This document shows positions 33,659 to 43,661 of a stretch of DNA of 50,432 bases, piece after piece. Position 1 is the first letter of the stretch. Every line of letters begins with the position of its first letter. Source of the DNA: Pararhizobium sp. (GTDB lineage Bacteria > Pseudomonadota > Alphaproteobacteria > Rhizobiales > Rhizobiaceae); the NCBI GenBank assembly GCA_051960215.1, contig JBQCEN010000080.1, forward strand, positions 1-50,432, in the 5' to 3' direction. The notes below the pieces were generated by a model. That model ran no database searches, was not told where the DNA came from, and was given only the letters and a program-made list of their open reading frames with translations. The position numbers were made by a program, and so were the translations under genes.

Positions 33659-33703
33659 GCGTTCCGGACAAGGGCACCTGATCTCTCGCTCCGCGACGGG
33701 TAA

Positions 33704-34165
33704 TCAGCCCCGCCCGCGGTAGGCCGGTATGCCCGTTTCCGGCAGCCAGGCGCCCTTCGGCGGCTCGCCCGTCTGCCAGAAGACGTCGATCGGGATGCCG
33801 CCGCGCGGATACCAGTAGCCGGCAATCCGCAGCCACAGCGGCTTCGCCGCCTCGACGATCCGCCGGCCGATCGCGATCGTGCAGTCCTCGTGGAAGGCGC
33901 CGTGATTGCGGAAGGAGACGGTGAAGAGCTTCAGCGATTTCGATTCGATGAGCAGCCTGTCCGGCGCGTAGTCGATGACGATATGGGCGAAGTCGGGCTG
34001 CCCCGTCACCGGGCAGAGCGAGGTGAATTCCGGGCAGGTGAAGCGGACGATGGCGGGCGCGCCGTCTCCCCGGGTGAACGGAACCGTTTCCAACGCTGCT
34101 TCCTCGGGGGAAGAGGGCTGTTCCGTGTGGCGGCCCAGTTGCGTGAGCCCCTTGGTCTCGGTCAT
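33704..34165 (-). CDS. queF: NADPH-dependent 7-cyano-7-deazaguanine reductase
   Basis: [32 protein letters not shown]. Confidence 0.96.
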   Translation of the reverse strand: MTETKGLTQLGRHTEQPSSPEEAALETVPFTRGDGAPAIVRFTCPEFTSLCPVTGQPDFAHIVIDYAPDRLLIESKSLKLFTVSFRNHGAFHEDCTIAIGRRIVEAAKPLWLRIAGYWYPRGGIPIDVFWQTGEPPKGAWLPETGIPAYRGRG

Positions 34166-34233
34166 GGTCTTAAAAACTCTCTAAGGCGTTTGACGCCTCT
34201 TAGACCCTCACGGGCATCAATGGAATGCGCACG

Positions 34234-36279
34234 ATGGCGAGCAACGATCCGCTTCTTCAGCCCTATCGCCTGAAGCACCTGACGCTGAAGAACCGCGTGA
34301 TGTCGACGGCGCACGAGCCCGCTTATTCCGAAGACGGCATGCCGAAGGAGCGCTACCGGCTCTACCATGTCGAGAAGGCGAAGGGCGGCATCGCGCTGAC
34401 CATGACGGCCGGCTCGGCGCTGGTCGCGGCGGATTCGCCGCCCGCCTTCGGCAACCTCTTCGCCTACAAGGACGAGATCGTGCCGTGGATGAAGGCGCTC
34501 GCCGACGAATGCCACGAGCACGGCGCCGCCGTCATGATCCAGCTTACCCATCTCGGCCGGCGCACGCGCTGGAATGCCGGCGACTGGCTGCCGGTGCTCT
34601 CCGCCTCGCCGGTGCGCGAGGCCGCCCACCGCTCCTTCCCGAAGGAGGCGGAGGACTGGGACATCGAGCGCATCGTCAAGGACTATGCGGCGGCGGCGAG
34701 CCGCATGCAGGCCGCCGGCCTCGACGGCATCGAGTTCGAGGCCTACGGCCACCTGATGGACTCCTTCTGGTCGCCGGCGACGAACCACCGCACCGACGCC
34801 TATAACGGCAGCCTGGAGAACCGCCTGCGCTTCACGCACGCCGTGCTCGATGCCGTCCGCGCGGCAGTCGGCCCGGATTTCATCGTCGGCATCCGTATGG
34901 TCGCCGACGAGGATTGGGAGAGCGGCCTTTCGCGCGAGGAGGGGGTGGAGATCGCCCGCCGGCTCGCGGCCTCCGGTAAGGTCGATTTCCTCAACATCAT
35001 CCGTGGCCACATCGACCACGACGCGGCGCTGAACGCGGTGATCCCGATCCAGGGCATGCGTTCCGCGCCGCATCTCGACTTCGCCGGCGCGGTGCGGGCA
35101 GAGACGAAATTTCCGGTCTTCCACGCCGCGCGCATCGCCGATGTCGCGACCGCCCGCCACGCGATCGCCGAGGGCAAGCTCGACATGGTCGGCATGACCC
35201 GCGCCCATATCGCCGACCCGCATATCGTCCGGAAGGTGATGGCCGGCGAGGAGCACCGGGTCCGCCCCTGCGTCGGCGCGACCTACTGCCTCGACCGCAT
35301 CTATGAGGGTGGCGGGGCGCTCTGCATCCACAACGCCGCGACCGGCCGCGAGGCGGTCGTCCCGCATGTGATCTCCCGCAGCGACGGGCCGCGGAAACGG
35401 GTGGTGGTGGTCGGCGCCGGCCCGGCCGGTCTCGAGGCGGCGCGCGTCTCGGCCGAGCGCGGGCACGAGGTGCAGGTCTTCGAGGCGGCGGGTGATGCCG
35501 GCGGCCAGGTGCGGCTCGCCGCACAGAACCCGCGGCGCAAGGAGCTGATCGGCATCGTCGACTGGCGCCTTTCGGAGCTTGAGCGTCTCGGCGTCGCGAT
35601 CACCTATAACATCGTCGCGGAAGCATCGGACGTCGAGGCTCTGGAGCCGGACGTCGTCGTCATCGCGACCGGCGGCATGCCGCAGAACCCGCCGCTTGCG
35701 TCCGGCGACGATCTCGTCACCTCGAGCTGGGACATCATCGCCGGCGCGGTCAAGCCGGAAGGCCCGGTGCTGCTCTACGACGACAACGGCGGCCATCCCG
35801 GCATGACGGCGGCCGAGCTCATCGCCGATGCCGGGGTGGCACTGGAGGTCGTCTCGCCGGAGCGCCTCTTCGCGCCGGAGATGGGCGGCATGAACCACGT
35901 GCCCTACGCGCGCACCTTCTTCGAGAAGGGCGTCACGGTGACGATCAACACCAAGCTCCTCGCCGTCCGCCGCGAGGGCAACGGTCTCGTCGCCGTCCTC
36001 GGCTCCGATTTCGCGCCGGGCGTGAGGCAGGAACGGCGTGTCGCGCAGGTGGTCGTCGAGCACGGCACGCTGCCGATCGAGAATATCTATTTCGACCTGA
36101 AGCCGCGCTCTCTGAACCTCGGCGCCGTCGACTACGAGGCGCTGATCGGCCGCCGCTCGCCCTTCATCGAGAAGAACCCCGACGGCCGGTTCATCCTCTT
36201 CCGCATCGGAGACGCGGTCGCCTCGCGCAACATCCATGCCGGCATCTACGATGCGCTGAGATACTGCGTCCTGCTCTGA
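34234..36279 (+). CDS. NADH:flavin oxidoreductase (OYE-like), StcD/HpbA-type N-methylproline demethylase
   Basis: NDPLLQPY.LKHLTLKNR, HEPAY.EDGMPKERY, RPCVGATYCLDRIY, GAGPAG, IGDAVASRNIHA. Family call is firm; substrate rests on recalled similarity. Confidence 0.8.
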   Translation: MASNDPLLQPYRLKHLTLKNRVMSTAHEPAYSEDGMPKERYRLYHVEKAKGGIALTMTAGSALVAADSPPAFGNLFAYKDEIVPWMKALADECHEHGAAVMIQLTHLGRRTRWNAGDWLPVLSASPVREAAHRSFPKEAEDWDIERIVKDYAAAASRMQAAGLDGIEFEAYGHLMDSFWSPATNHRTDAYNGSLENRLRFTHAVLDAVRAAVGPDFIVGIRMVADEDWESGLSREEGVEIARRLAASGKVDFLNIIRGHIDHDAALNAVIPIQGMRSAPHLDFAGAVRAETKFPVFHAARIADVATARHAIAEGKLDMVGMTRAHIADPHIVRKVMAGEEHRVRPCVGATYCLDRIYEGGGALCIHNAATGREAVVPHVISRSDGPRKRVVVVGAGPAGLEAARVSAERGHEVQVFEAAGDAGGQVRLAAQNPRRKELIGIVDWRLSELERLGVAITYNIVAEASDVEALEPDVVVIATGGMPQNPPLASGDDLVTSSWDIIAGAVKPEGPVLLYDDNGGHPGMTAAELIADAGVALEVVSPERLFAPEMGGMNHVPYARTFFEKGVTVTINTKLLAVRREGNGLVAVLGSDFAPGVRQERRVAQVVVEHGTLPIENIYFDLKPRSLNLGAVDYEALIGRRSPFIEKNPDGRFILFRIGDAVASRNIHAGIYDALRYCVLL

Positions 36280-36282
36280 CCC

Positions 36283-38238
36283 TCAGAGCGCGATCACCGT
36301 CACGCCCGAGGGCGGCACGACCTCCTCGCCGAGCACGACGCGCCCGGGGAGCTTGAGCGGGCCGATGTCGAACGGCTCTTCGTCATAGTTGGTGACGAAC
36401 AGGTTCCTGCCGTTCCGCCTGAGACGCAGGCCGTCCGGCAGGTGGATCGTGGCGAGTCGCGCCTCTTCGGCGAGTTCGTCGAGCGTCGCCATCAGCAGGT
36501 TCTCGTCGCCCCAGCCGGTCAGGTATTGGAGGTTCCCCTGCCGGATCAGCACCGGCCAGCCGTCGTCCGCCTTGAGTACGGCGCGGGCCTTCGCGCCGAC
36601 GGCGACATATTCGCGCCAGAAGCGGATATTGACCGGTCCGACCGGCACCGGGCAATCCTCCCGCAGCGTCTCGACGCGCGAGACGACGACGTCGAGCATG
36701 TCGGCCGGCAGGCCGGGCGGCATGGCGGCGGCGATGGCGAAATCGGCCGTTTTGGAGCCGCTGCGCGGGCCGATGAGGGCGAGGCCCTTGAAGCTGCGGA
36801 GAGCCTCGACCAGCGCCTCGTTCCAGGCGAAGAGCCCGGGGACCGCGACGAGTCGGTAGGGCGTGAGATCCGGTGCGGAGGCCGGGACGATGTCGATCGA
36901 AAGCCCGAGCCGCCGCATGGCGCGGTAGGTGTCGAAGACGAGGCGGAAATAGTCGAACTCGCGGCCCTGCGGCTGGATCGACCAAGCCCAGGCGGACGGA
37001 TAGTCGAAGACGATCGCGACATCCGCCGGCGCATTCGCCGAGAGATCGGCGCCGACGAGCTTCAGTTCCTCCGCCACACGCCCGGCCTCGGCGAAGCCTT
37101 CCGCCTCGACGGAATCGGGGCGGAGGAGGCCGGCGTGCATCTGCTCCTGCGCGAAGGGCGCCTGCCGCCAGCGGAAGTAGCTGACGACCTCCGCCCCGTG
37201 CGCGAAGGCCTCCCACGTCCAGAGCCGCACCTGCCCGGCCCGCGGCACCGGGTTGTGCGGCGCCCAGTTCACCGGGCCCGGCTGCTGTTCCATCACCCAC
37301 CAGCGGCCGTTCGACGTGGCCCGGTAGATGTCGTGATGAAAGGCTTGGAAATCGGGATCGCCCGTGCGCAGGAAGCGCTTCTTCCACGCCGCATCCTTGT
37401 CGACGCGGTCCTCGAGGAAGCCGAGCGGATAGGAATCCCAGCTTGAGACGTCGAGGTCGGCGCCGAGGTCGAAATGGTCGAAGGCGAGCGTCCGGCCCAT
37501 GAAGTTGTGGATCACGTCGCGTCCCGGCGAACGGGCGCGGATGATGTCGGCCTGCTGCCTGTTGAAGGTCACCACCTGATGCGAGGCGAAGCGGCGGAAG
37601 TCCATCCGCGCGGCCGGATTGGCCTCCGTCACCGTGCCGGCCGGCAGCTCGATCTCGTCGAAGTCGCCGATCTCCATCGACCAGAAGACGTTGCCCCAGG
37701 CCCGGTTCAGCGCGTCCGGCGACTGGTATTTTTGCTGCAGCCAGACCCGGAAGGCGCGCAGTGCCGAGTGTGAATAGGAGAGCGTCGTCGCGTGGCAGTC
37801 GTATTCGTTGTCGGTCTGCCAGGCCGCCACGCCCGGATGCTCGCCGAAGCGTTCGGCAAGCGCGGTGACGATCCGCCGGCACTCGCGGCGATAGCCCTCA
37901 TGCGAGAAATCGTAGTGGCGGCGCGAGCCGAAGCCGCGCGTCCGCCCGTCCGCTCCGACCGGCAGCATGTCCGGGATCTCATCGATGAGCCATTTCGGCG
38001 GCGTCGCCGTCGGCGTGCCGAGGACGACCTTGAGGCCGGCCGCGTGTAGCGTGTCGATCGCTAGCTCCAGCCAGTCGAGTTGCAGGTCGCCGCGCTTCGG
38101 TTCGAGCCGCGACCACGCGAATTCGCCGATGCGGACATAGGTGATGCCGAGGGCGGCCATACGGCGGGCATCCTCCGCCCAGACCTCTTCCGGCCAGTGT
38201 TCCGGGTAATAGCAGACGCCGAGCGCGCGAAAGGGCAT
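36283..38238 (-). CDS. Beta-galactosidase, GH42
   Basis: GVCYYPEHW, RIGEFAW, WQTDNEY, WVMEQQPG, EQMHAG. Confidence 0.94.
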   Translation of the reverse strand: MPFRALGVCYYPEHWPEEVWAEDARRMAALGITYVRIGEFAWSRLEPKRGDLQLDWLELAIDTLHAAGLKVVLGTPTATPPKWLIDEIPDMLPVGADGRTRGFGSRRHYDFSHEGYRRECRRIVTALAERFGEHPGVAAWQTDNEYDCHATTLSYSHSALRAFRVWLQQKYQSPDALNRAWGNVFWSMEIGDFDEIELPAGTVTEANPAARMDFRRFASHQVVTFNRQQADIIRARSPGRDVIHNFMGRTLAFDHFDLGADLDVSSWDSYPLGFLEDRVDKDAAWKKRFLRTGDPDFQAFHHDIYRATSNGRWWVMEQQPGPVNWAPHNPVPRAGQVRLWTWEAFAHGAEVVSYFRWRQAPFAQEQMHAGLLRPDSVEAEGFAEAGRVAEELKLVGADLSANAPADVAIVFDYPSAWAWSIQPQGREFDYFRLVFDTYRAMRRLGLSIDIVPASAPDLTPYRLVAVPGLFAWNEALVEALRSFKGLALIGPRSGSKTADFAIAAAMPPGLPADMLDVVVSRVETLREDCPVPVGPVNIRFWREYVAVGAKARAVLKADDGWPVLIRQGNLQYLTGWGDENLLMATLDELAEEARLATIHLPDGLRLRRNGRNLFVTNYDEEPFDIGPLKLPGRVVLGEEVVPPSGVTVIAL

Positions 38239-38264
38239 GGGGAAGGCTCTCTCAGGAGGATCGG

Positions 38265-39155
38265 TCAGAGAATCATGCGAGGGTCGTGCCGGCCTTTGAC
38301 CGGCGCGTCGAGCAGGAAGGTCGCGCCCGCGCGCGGCTCCGCGGCCCGCGCCGCCGCGTCCATGTCCTCATGCGCAGAGGTGACGAGCAGCCGGTCCGCC
38401 CCGGCGCCGACGAAGGCGGGGCAGGTGACCTTGCTTGCCGGCACCGTCAGAGAGCGGACGCGCTCGCCGTCCGGAGCGTAGCAGTCGACGGCGCCCACGC
38501 CCCAGCGGGCGTTCCAGAGGCAGCCGTCGGCATCGACGACTGCGCCGTCCGGGCCGCCGTCGTAGCGGCCGGCCGGGACGAAGACGGAAGGTTCGCCGGC
38601 AGGCAGGCCGGTCGCCGGGTCGAGAGCGACCCGCAGGATCGAGCCCTCGCGCGTATCGGTGTAGTAGCCGGTGGTACCGTCGGCGGAAAAGCAGATGGCA
38701 TTCGGGATCGAGATCGCGGCCACGATGACGGTCAGCTTGCCCTTGAAGACGTGGTAGATCCGGCCCGCCTTGTCCTCCGCCTTCTTGCCCATCGTGCCAA
38801 GCCAGAGTGCGCCGCAGGGATGGACGCGGCCGTCGTTCGAGCGCGTCTCCGGCCGGTCGGACTCGATGTCGAGGTAGCGCTCCATCATGCCGCTCTTCGG
38901 GTCGCGGATGCAGAGCCCGTCCTCGCTGGCGACGACCTGCCGGCCGTCCTCGAGGAAGGCGAGTGCGCTCGCCATCATCGGCAGGTCGTAGATCCTGGTC
39001 TCGCCGGTTCCGAAGCGGTACTTGACGAGCTTGCGGCCGAGGATGTCGAACCACCAGGCGGTGTCCGTCGCGGGGTCGTAGGTCGCGCCCTCTCCGAGGG
39101 TGAAGACGTCGCTGCCGATGACCTGGCCTGCAAAGGAAGTGCCCGCCTCGCTCAT
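38265..39155 (-). CDS. SMP-30/gluconolactonase family (probable galactonolactonase)
   Basis: LGEG, RSNDG, IPNAICFS, PDGAVVD. Pathway context supports the call. Confidence 0.88.
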   Translation of the reverse strand: MSEAGTSFAGQVIGSDVFTLGEGATYDPATDTAWWFDILGRKLVKYRFGTGETRIYDLPMMASALAFLEDGRQVVASEDGLCIRDPKSGMMERYLDIESDRPETRSNDGRVHPCGALWLGTMGKKAEDKAGRIYHVFKGKLTVIVAAISIPNAICFSADGTTGYYTDTREGSILRVALDPATGLPAGEPSVFVPAGRYDGGPDGAVVDADGCLWNARWGVGAVDCYAPDGERVRSLTVPASKVTCPAFVGAGADRLLVTSAHEDMDAAARAAEPRAGATFLLDAPVKGRHDPRMIL

Positions 39156-39790
39156 TCCGCTCCCCCGAAGACGCCGTCATAGGCCTTGATCGTCGCCGCG
39201 GCGCGCGCAGCGACCTCGTCGGCCGCCATGCCGGCCTTGTAGAGGCTCGAGCCGAGGCCGAAGGTCCGCACGCCGACCGCCGCATAGTCGGCGAAGTTCC
39301 TGTCCGAGACGCCGCCGACGGCGCCGATCTCGATCTCCTTCGGCAGCACCGCCTTCATCGCCGCGATGCCCGACGGGCCGACGACATTCGCGGGGAAGAA
39401 CTTGAGCGCCGAGCAGCCGGCCTCGATCGCGCCGAAAGCCTCGGTCGGCGTCATCACGCCCGGCATCGTCACCATGCCGCATCCGGCGGCGCGCGCGATG
39501 ACCGCCGGATTGGAATTCGGGCTGACGACGAGCCGGCCGCCGACGTCGTTGAGCCGGTCGACGTCCACAGGTGACAGCACCGTCCCGGCGCCGATGAGAC
39601 AATCACCCGGCGCGAGCTTCACCGCCGCCTCGATCGAGCGGAACGGGTCCGGTGAATTCAGCGGGATCTCGATCGCCGTGAAACCGGCCTCGATCAGCAC
39701 GGCGAGCGTCGCCTCTGTCTCGTCCGGCTTGATGCCGCGCAGGATCGCGACAAGCGGGCGCTTCATCGTCGGCCAGGGAATCCGGGTCAT
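39152..39790 (-). CDS. dgoA: 2-dehydro-3-deoxy-6-phosphogalactonate aldolase
   Basis: LVAILRGI, EIPLNSP, GAGTV, LKFFPA. Start MTRIPW is ATGA-coupled to dgoK. Confidence 0.93.
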   Translation of the reverse strand: MTRIPWPTMKRPLVAILRGIKPDETEATLAVLIEAGFTAIEIPLNSPDPFRSIEAAVKLAPGDCLIGAGTVLSPVDVDRLNDVGGRLVVSPNSNPAVIARAAGCGMVTMPGVMTPTEAFGAIEAGCSALKFFPANVVGPSGIAAMKAVLPKEIEIGAVGGVSDRNFADYAAVGVRTFGLGSSLYKAGMAADEVAARAAATIKAYDGVFGGAE

Positions 39791-40728
39791 GCGCTGCGCC
39801 GTCCTTCGCCGGGGTTGAAGAGCGTTGCGGCGGCATAGGCAAGGCCGTCGCGCACGCAGGTTTCGGCGTCGATCGTCCGGAAGGCGATGCCGAGGCTCGA
39901 AAGCGCCGCCTCGTAGACCGCCCTGAGCTTGCCCGAGGCGATCAGCTTGACGGTCGCCCTTTCCTTCGCCGAGCCGCTGCCGGCGATCTCGGCGCCGATC
40001 AGGAAGCCCGAGAGCCGCGCCTTGGCGACCGCCGGGCTGTCGGCGAAGAGCAGCTGGCTGCCGCGGATCGAGAATAGCCGGCCGGTCAGAAGCGCCGGGT
40101 TCTCGAAGGTCTGGCGCACGGCTTGGGCGAAGGCCGGATCCTCGGTCGCCATCGCCTCGCCGGTGACGGCGTGCTTCAGGATCGACTGCTCGCCCATCAG
40201 CGCGAAGATTTCGCCGGTCATGAAGGTCGAGAAGCCCGTCACCCGGCCGCCTTCGAGCCGCACCCATTTCGAATGCGTGCCGGGCAGGCAGTAGAAGCCG
40301 TCGGCTTCCGCGCGGGTCCGGCGGGAAGCCGCGCCCATAAGCTGCGTCTCCTCGCCCCGCATGACGTCGGCGCGGTCGCGGAGGCGCTGTGCGAGACCGG
40401 GCAGGATCCAGACCGGCCGGGCCGCGTCGGGAACCGGGACGGCCTGGTCGACGATAGCGTCGAGGCTCGCCGGCACGTCGAGATAGCGCGCCTCGACCCA
40501 GCCCTGGCGCGAGCCGGCCATGCCGCAGATGACGACGGGAAGGGCAGCCGGCGCCTGCGCTGCCGCCAGATGCGCCTCGAGCACGGCGGAAAAGCCGGTC
40601 GTGCCGGCCGTCATCATGCCTTCGTCGCTGCGCCGCTCGGCGATCACGCTGCCGTCGCGCCGCATCAGCCAGAGGCGGAAGGTCGACGTGCCCCAGTCGA
40701 CGGCAGCAAAGGCGGCGTCTTGGCTCAA
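39787..40728 (-). CDS. dgoK: 2-dehydro-3-deoxygalactonokinase
   Basis: VDWGTST, GMAGSRQGW, DVMRGEETQ, PGTHSKW, MTGE. TTG start overlaps the upstream stop. Confidence 0.93.
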   Translation of the reverse strand: MSQDAAFAAVDWGTSTFRLWLMRRDGSVIAERRSDEGMMTAGTTGFSAVLEAHLAAAQAPAALPVVICGMAGSRQGWVEARYLDVPASLDAIVDQAVPVPDAARPVWILPGLAQRLRDRADVMRGEETQLMGAASRRTRAEADGFYCLPGTHSKWVRLEGGRVTGFSTFMTGEIFALMGEQSILKHAVTGEAMATEDPAFAQAVRQTFENPALLTGRLFSIRGSQLLFADSPAVAKARLSGFLIGAEIAGSGSAKERATVKLIASGKLRAVYEAALSSLGIAFRTIDAETCVRDGLAYAAATLFNPGEGRRSA

Positions 40729-41492
40729 AGCATGCCTCCGTCGGCGATCAGCACCTGGGCGGTCACCATGCGCGCCGCGTTGGAGGCGAGGAAGAGGCAC
40801 GGGCCCACCATGTCGCCGGGCTCGATCGTCTCCTTCAGGCACTGGCGGTCGATCATCCTGGCGAGCCCTTCCTCCGTCACCCAGAGGTCCTTCTGGCGCT
40901 TCGTCATCACCCAGCCGGGCGCGATCGCGTTGACCCGGATTTTGTGGCGGCCGAGCTTGCCGGCAAGCCCCTTCGTCAAGCCGACGACGCCGGCCTTGGC
41001 CGCTGTATAGGCCGGCATGTCGCCGATGTTGAGCATATAGGAGGTCGAGGTGAAGTTGACGATCGCGCCGCCGCCGGCCGCCTTCATGCCGTCGAGTACG
41101 GCCTGGACGGTGAGGAACTGGTGCCGGAGGTTGATCGCGAGGTTCTCGTTCCAGTATTCCTCGGTGACGTCCTCGATCTCGTGGCGGTCGTCGCGCGCCG
41201 CGTCGTTGACGAGCACGCGGACGGGCCCGTGCGCCTCCTCGGCGGCGATGACGGCCTTGCGGATCGCCGCTGCATCGCGCAGGTCGACGTTGAGGTAGAG
41301 CGGCATGTGCTCGGCCTGCGGCGAGAGTCGCTCGACGAGCGCCTTGCTCTCGGCCTCGGCGAAGTCGAGGAAGGCGACCTTGGCGCCCTGGCGCACGAAG
41401 CCCTCCGTCAGCGCCGCACCGATGCCGCTGCCGCCGCCGGTGATCAGCACCGATGCGTCCTTGAGGTCGGGATAGATGGCATTCGGCATCAT
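40725..41492 (-). CDS. SDR oxidoreductase, probable D-galactose 1-dehydrogenase
   Basis: TGGGSGIG, YTAAK, PGWVMT. Directly upstream of dgoK-dgoA. Confidence 0.85.
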   Translation of the reverse strand: MMPNAIYPDLKDASVLITGGGSGIGAALTEGFVRQGAKVAFLDFAEAESKALVERLSPQAEHMPLYLNVDLRDAAAIRKAVIAAEEAHGPVRVLVNDAARDDRHEIEDVTEEYWNENLAINLRHQFLTVQAVLDGMKAAGGGAIVNFTSTSYMLNIGDMPAYTAAKAGVVGLTKGLAGKLGRHKIRVNAIAPGWVMTKRQKDLWVTEEGLARMIDRQCLKETIEPGDMVGPCLFLASNAARMVTAQVLIADGGML

Positions 41493-43652
41493 TCAATTGC
41501 TCTCCACGCGGTGGCCTTCGACAATCCACATATGATCGGGGAACGCGAGCGGCAGGACGATTCCCGACTGCATCAGCGTCTCTCCTGAAAGAACAAGCCC
41601 GTCGCCCGCCGTCAATGGCGAGAAATAGCGCCGCGTCGGCGGCCGCGTGATCTCGTCGCGGTTCCAGAGCGTCACGCGGTAGAGGGCGCGGGGATCGAGG
41701 CCGGCGAGCCGCAGCGGCGCGGCGGTCTCGTTCCTGAGCGTCTCGACGGTCGCGGAGAAGAGGAGGAAGCGGGAGCGGGCGGCGTCGACGCTCATATGCG
41801 CCACCGTCTCGGCACCCGCCGGCTCCAACCGGTGCTGCCGCGCCGAATGCAGGAAGACGCGGTTATCCTTGTAGAACTGCGTATAGCGCTTCAGGGTCGC
41901 CTCTTCGCCGGCGTCGAGCTCGCGCAGGTCCATCTCGAAGCCCATGTGGCCGGTCGCCGCCACGCCGGCGCGGAAACTCATGTCAAGCACGCGCCCGGAA
42001 GTGTGGCAGTGGCGCGGTCCGACGTGGCTGCCGACGATTTCCGGCGGCAGGAAGAGCATCGCCTGGTGCTGCATCAGCCAGCGCTCGTGCGCGTCGTTGG
42101 AATCGGAGAGCCAGACGCGCTGCGTGCGCTTCAGGATGCCGTAGTCGATGCGCGCCCCACCGGAGGAGCAGGATTCGATCTCGACGGCGGGGTGGGCCGC
42201 ATGCAGCCGCTCGATGAGCGCGTAGAGCGCCTGAGTCTGGCGCCTGAGGAGGCCGTGGCCCGCCCGGTCGACGGCAAGCGTCAGGTCGCGGTTCATGTCC
42301 CACTTGAAGTAGTCGATGCGGTATTCCGAAAGCAGCGCGTCGAGCCGCTCATAGAGGTAGCCGGTGACCGCCGGGTTCGTCAGGTCGAGGACGTGCTGGC
42401 CGCGCCCCGTCAGCTGCGCGCGGCCCTCCGGCATGATGATCCAGTCCGGGTGCGCCCGGGCGAGTTCGCTGTCGAGGTTGACCATCTCCGGCTCGACCCA
42501 GAGGCCGAACCGCATCCCGAGGCCTTCCACGTGGTCGATCAGCGGCGTCAGTCCGTCCGGGAACTTGCGCCGGTCGACGAACCAGTCGCCGAGGCTCGTC
42601 GTGTCGTCGTCGCGTTTCCCGAACCAGCCGTCGTCGAGGACGAAGCGTTCCGCGCCGATCGCTGCGGCGCGATCCGCCAGGTCCTTCAACTCGTCGAGCC
42701 TATGGTCGAAATAGACGGCCTCCCAGCAATTGTAGTGGACCGGCCTCGGCCGGTCCGTCTCCGCGAAACGGACGACATGCTGCCGCACATGCTCCTGAAA
42801 GGCCTGCGAAATGCCGTTGAGGCCCTCTGCCGAGAAGGCGAGGTAGGCGGTTTCGGAAAAGAGCACCTCGCCGGGGGCGAGCGGCGCCGGCTCGGCGATC
42901 CCCGCTTGCATCTGCCGCCGCCCGTCTGCCATCTCCTCGACCAGGAGCCGGTGCACCCCCGAGAAGCCGAAATGCAACGCGCGGGCCTCGCCGGAAAGGT
43001 TGGTGCAACCGCCGTCCGGGACGATGACCGCCGGAAAATGATCCTGTCCAGTGCGCCCGCGGCGGTTCTCGCGCAGATGCACGCCGCGCGTGAAGGGCAC
43101 GCGCCGCGCGCCGAATTCCTGCGTCCACCGCCCGGCGAATTCGATGAAGTGCGGCGCCGTCTCGGGCAGCGGCATCACGGGCGCCGAAAGCCATGTGACG
43201 CGGACGCCGGCTTCCTCGGCGGCGAGCTCGGCGCTCGCCTCGATGACGTTGCTTTCCGTATGGGCGGTGAAGCGCGCCCGATAGGTGAGGCCGTAGTGCA
43301 TGTCGTGGGCGGTCACCAGGAGCGCGCCGTCCCCGGCCTCGACGCCCGAGAGGCGAAATTGCGTCAGCACCGGCCGCCCGGCTGCGTCATGCGCGACGAT
43401 TCCCGGCTGGCCCTGGAAGCCGCGGCCTTCTTCCGGACAGAGCGAGAGAGCGACGAAGCTGTCGAGCGTGTTGTTGGCGAGCGGTCGGGCGAGCGCCTGA
43501 ACCAGACTGGTGATGTCGGTCCCGGATGCGAGCGGCCGTCCCCAATAGGCAACGAATGGCAACCGGTCGCCATCGGCGGCGAGCACGAGCGTCTGGCGCG
43601 GCGTGTCGAGGCGCCAGTGGTCGAGCGCCGCTTCGGCTTTTCCCATGTGCAT
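41493..43652 (-). CDS. Alpha-galactosidase, GH36
   Basis: NCWEAVYF, LDDGWFG, GLWVEPEMV, KWDMNR, CSSGGAR, WLSDSND. Confidence 0.94.
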   Translation of the reverse strand: MHMGKAEAALDHWRLDTPRQTLVLAADGDRLPFVAYWGRPLASGTDITSLVQALARPLANNTLDSFVALSLCPEEGRGFQGQPGIVAHDAAGRPVLTQFRLSGVEAGDGALLVTAHDMHYGLTYRARFTAHTESNVIEASAELAAEEAGVRVTWLSAPVMPLPETAPHFIEFAGRWTQEFGARRVPFTRGVHLRENRRGRTGQDHFPAVIVPDGGCTNLSGEARALHFGFSGVHRLLVEEMADGRRQMQAGIAEPAPLAPGEVLFSETAYLAFSAEGLNGISQAFQEHVRQHVVRFAETDRPRPVHYNCWEAVYFDHRLDELKDLADRAAAIGAERFVLDDGWFGKRDDDTTSLGDWFVDRRKFPDGLTPLIDHVEGLGMRFGLWVEPEMVNLDSELARAHPDWIIMPEGRAQLTGRGQHVLDLTNPAVTGYLYERLDALLSEYRIDYFKWDMNRDLTLAVDRAGHGLLRRQTQALYALIERLHAAHPAVEIESCSSGGARIDYGILKRTQRVWLSDSNDAHERWLMQHQAMLFLPPEIVGSHVGPRHCHTSGRVLDMSFRAGVAATGHMGFEMDLRELDAGEEATLKRYTQFYKDNRVFLHSARQHRLEPAGAETVAHMSVDAARSRFLLFSATVETLRNETAAPLRLAGLDPRALYRVTLWNRDEITRPPTRRYFSPLTAGDGLVLSGETLMQSGIVLPLAFPDHMWIVEGHRVESN

Positions 43653-43661
43653 GGTGGCGGG

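Noticed and set aside
34166-34233. preQ1 riboswitch upstream of queF
   Set aside because: No preQ1-I stem with an A-rich 3' tail on the queF strand. Kept only as an unassigned inverted repeat.
39791-41529. Long track ORFs suggesting dgoK or dgoA fusions
   Set aside because: The extensions overlap neighbouring genes in other frames. Coupled starts at 40728 and 39790 explain the layout.
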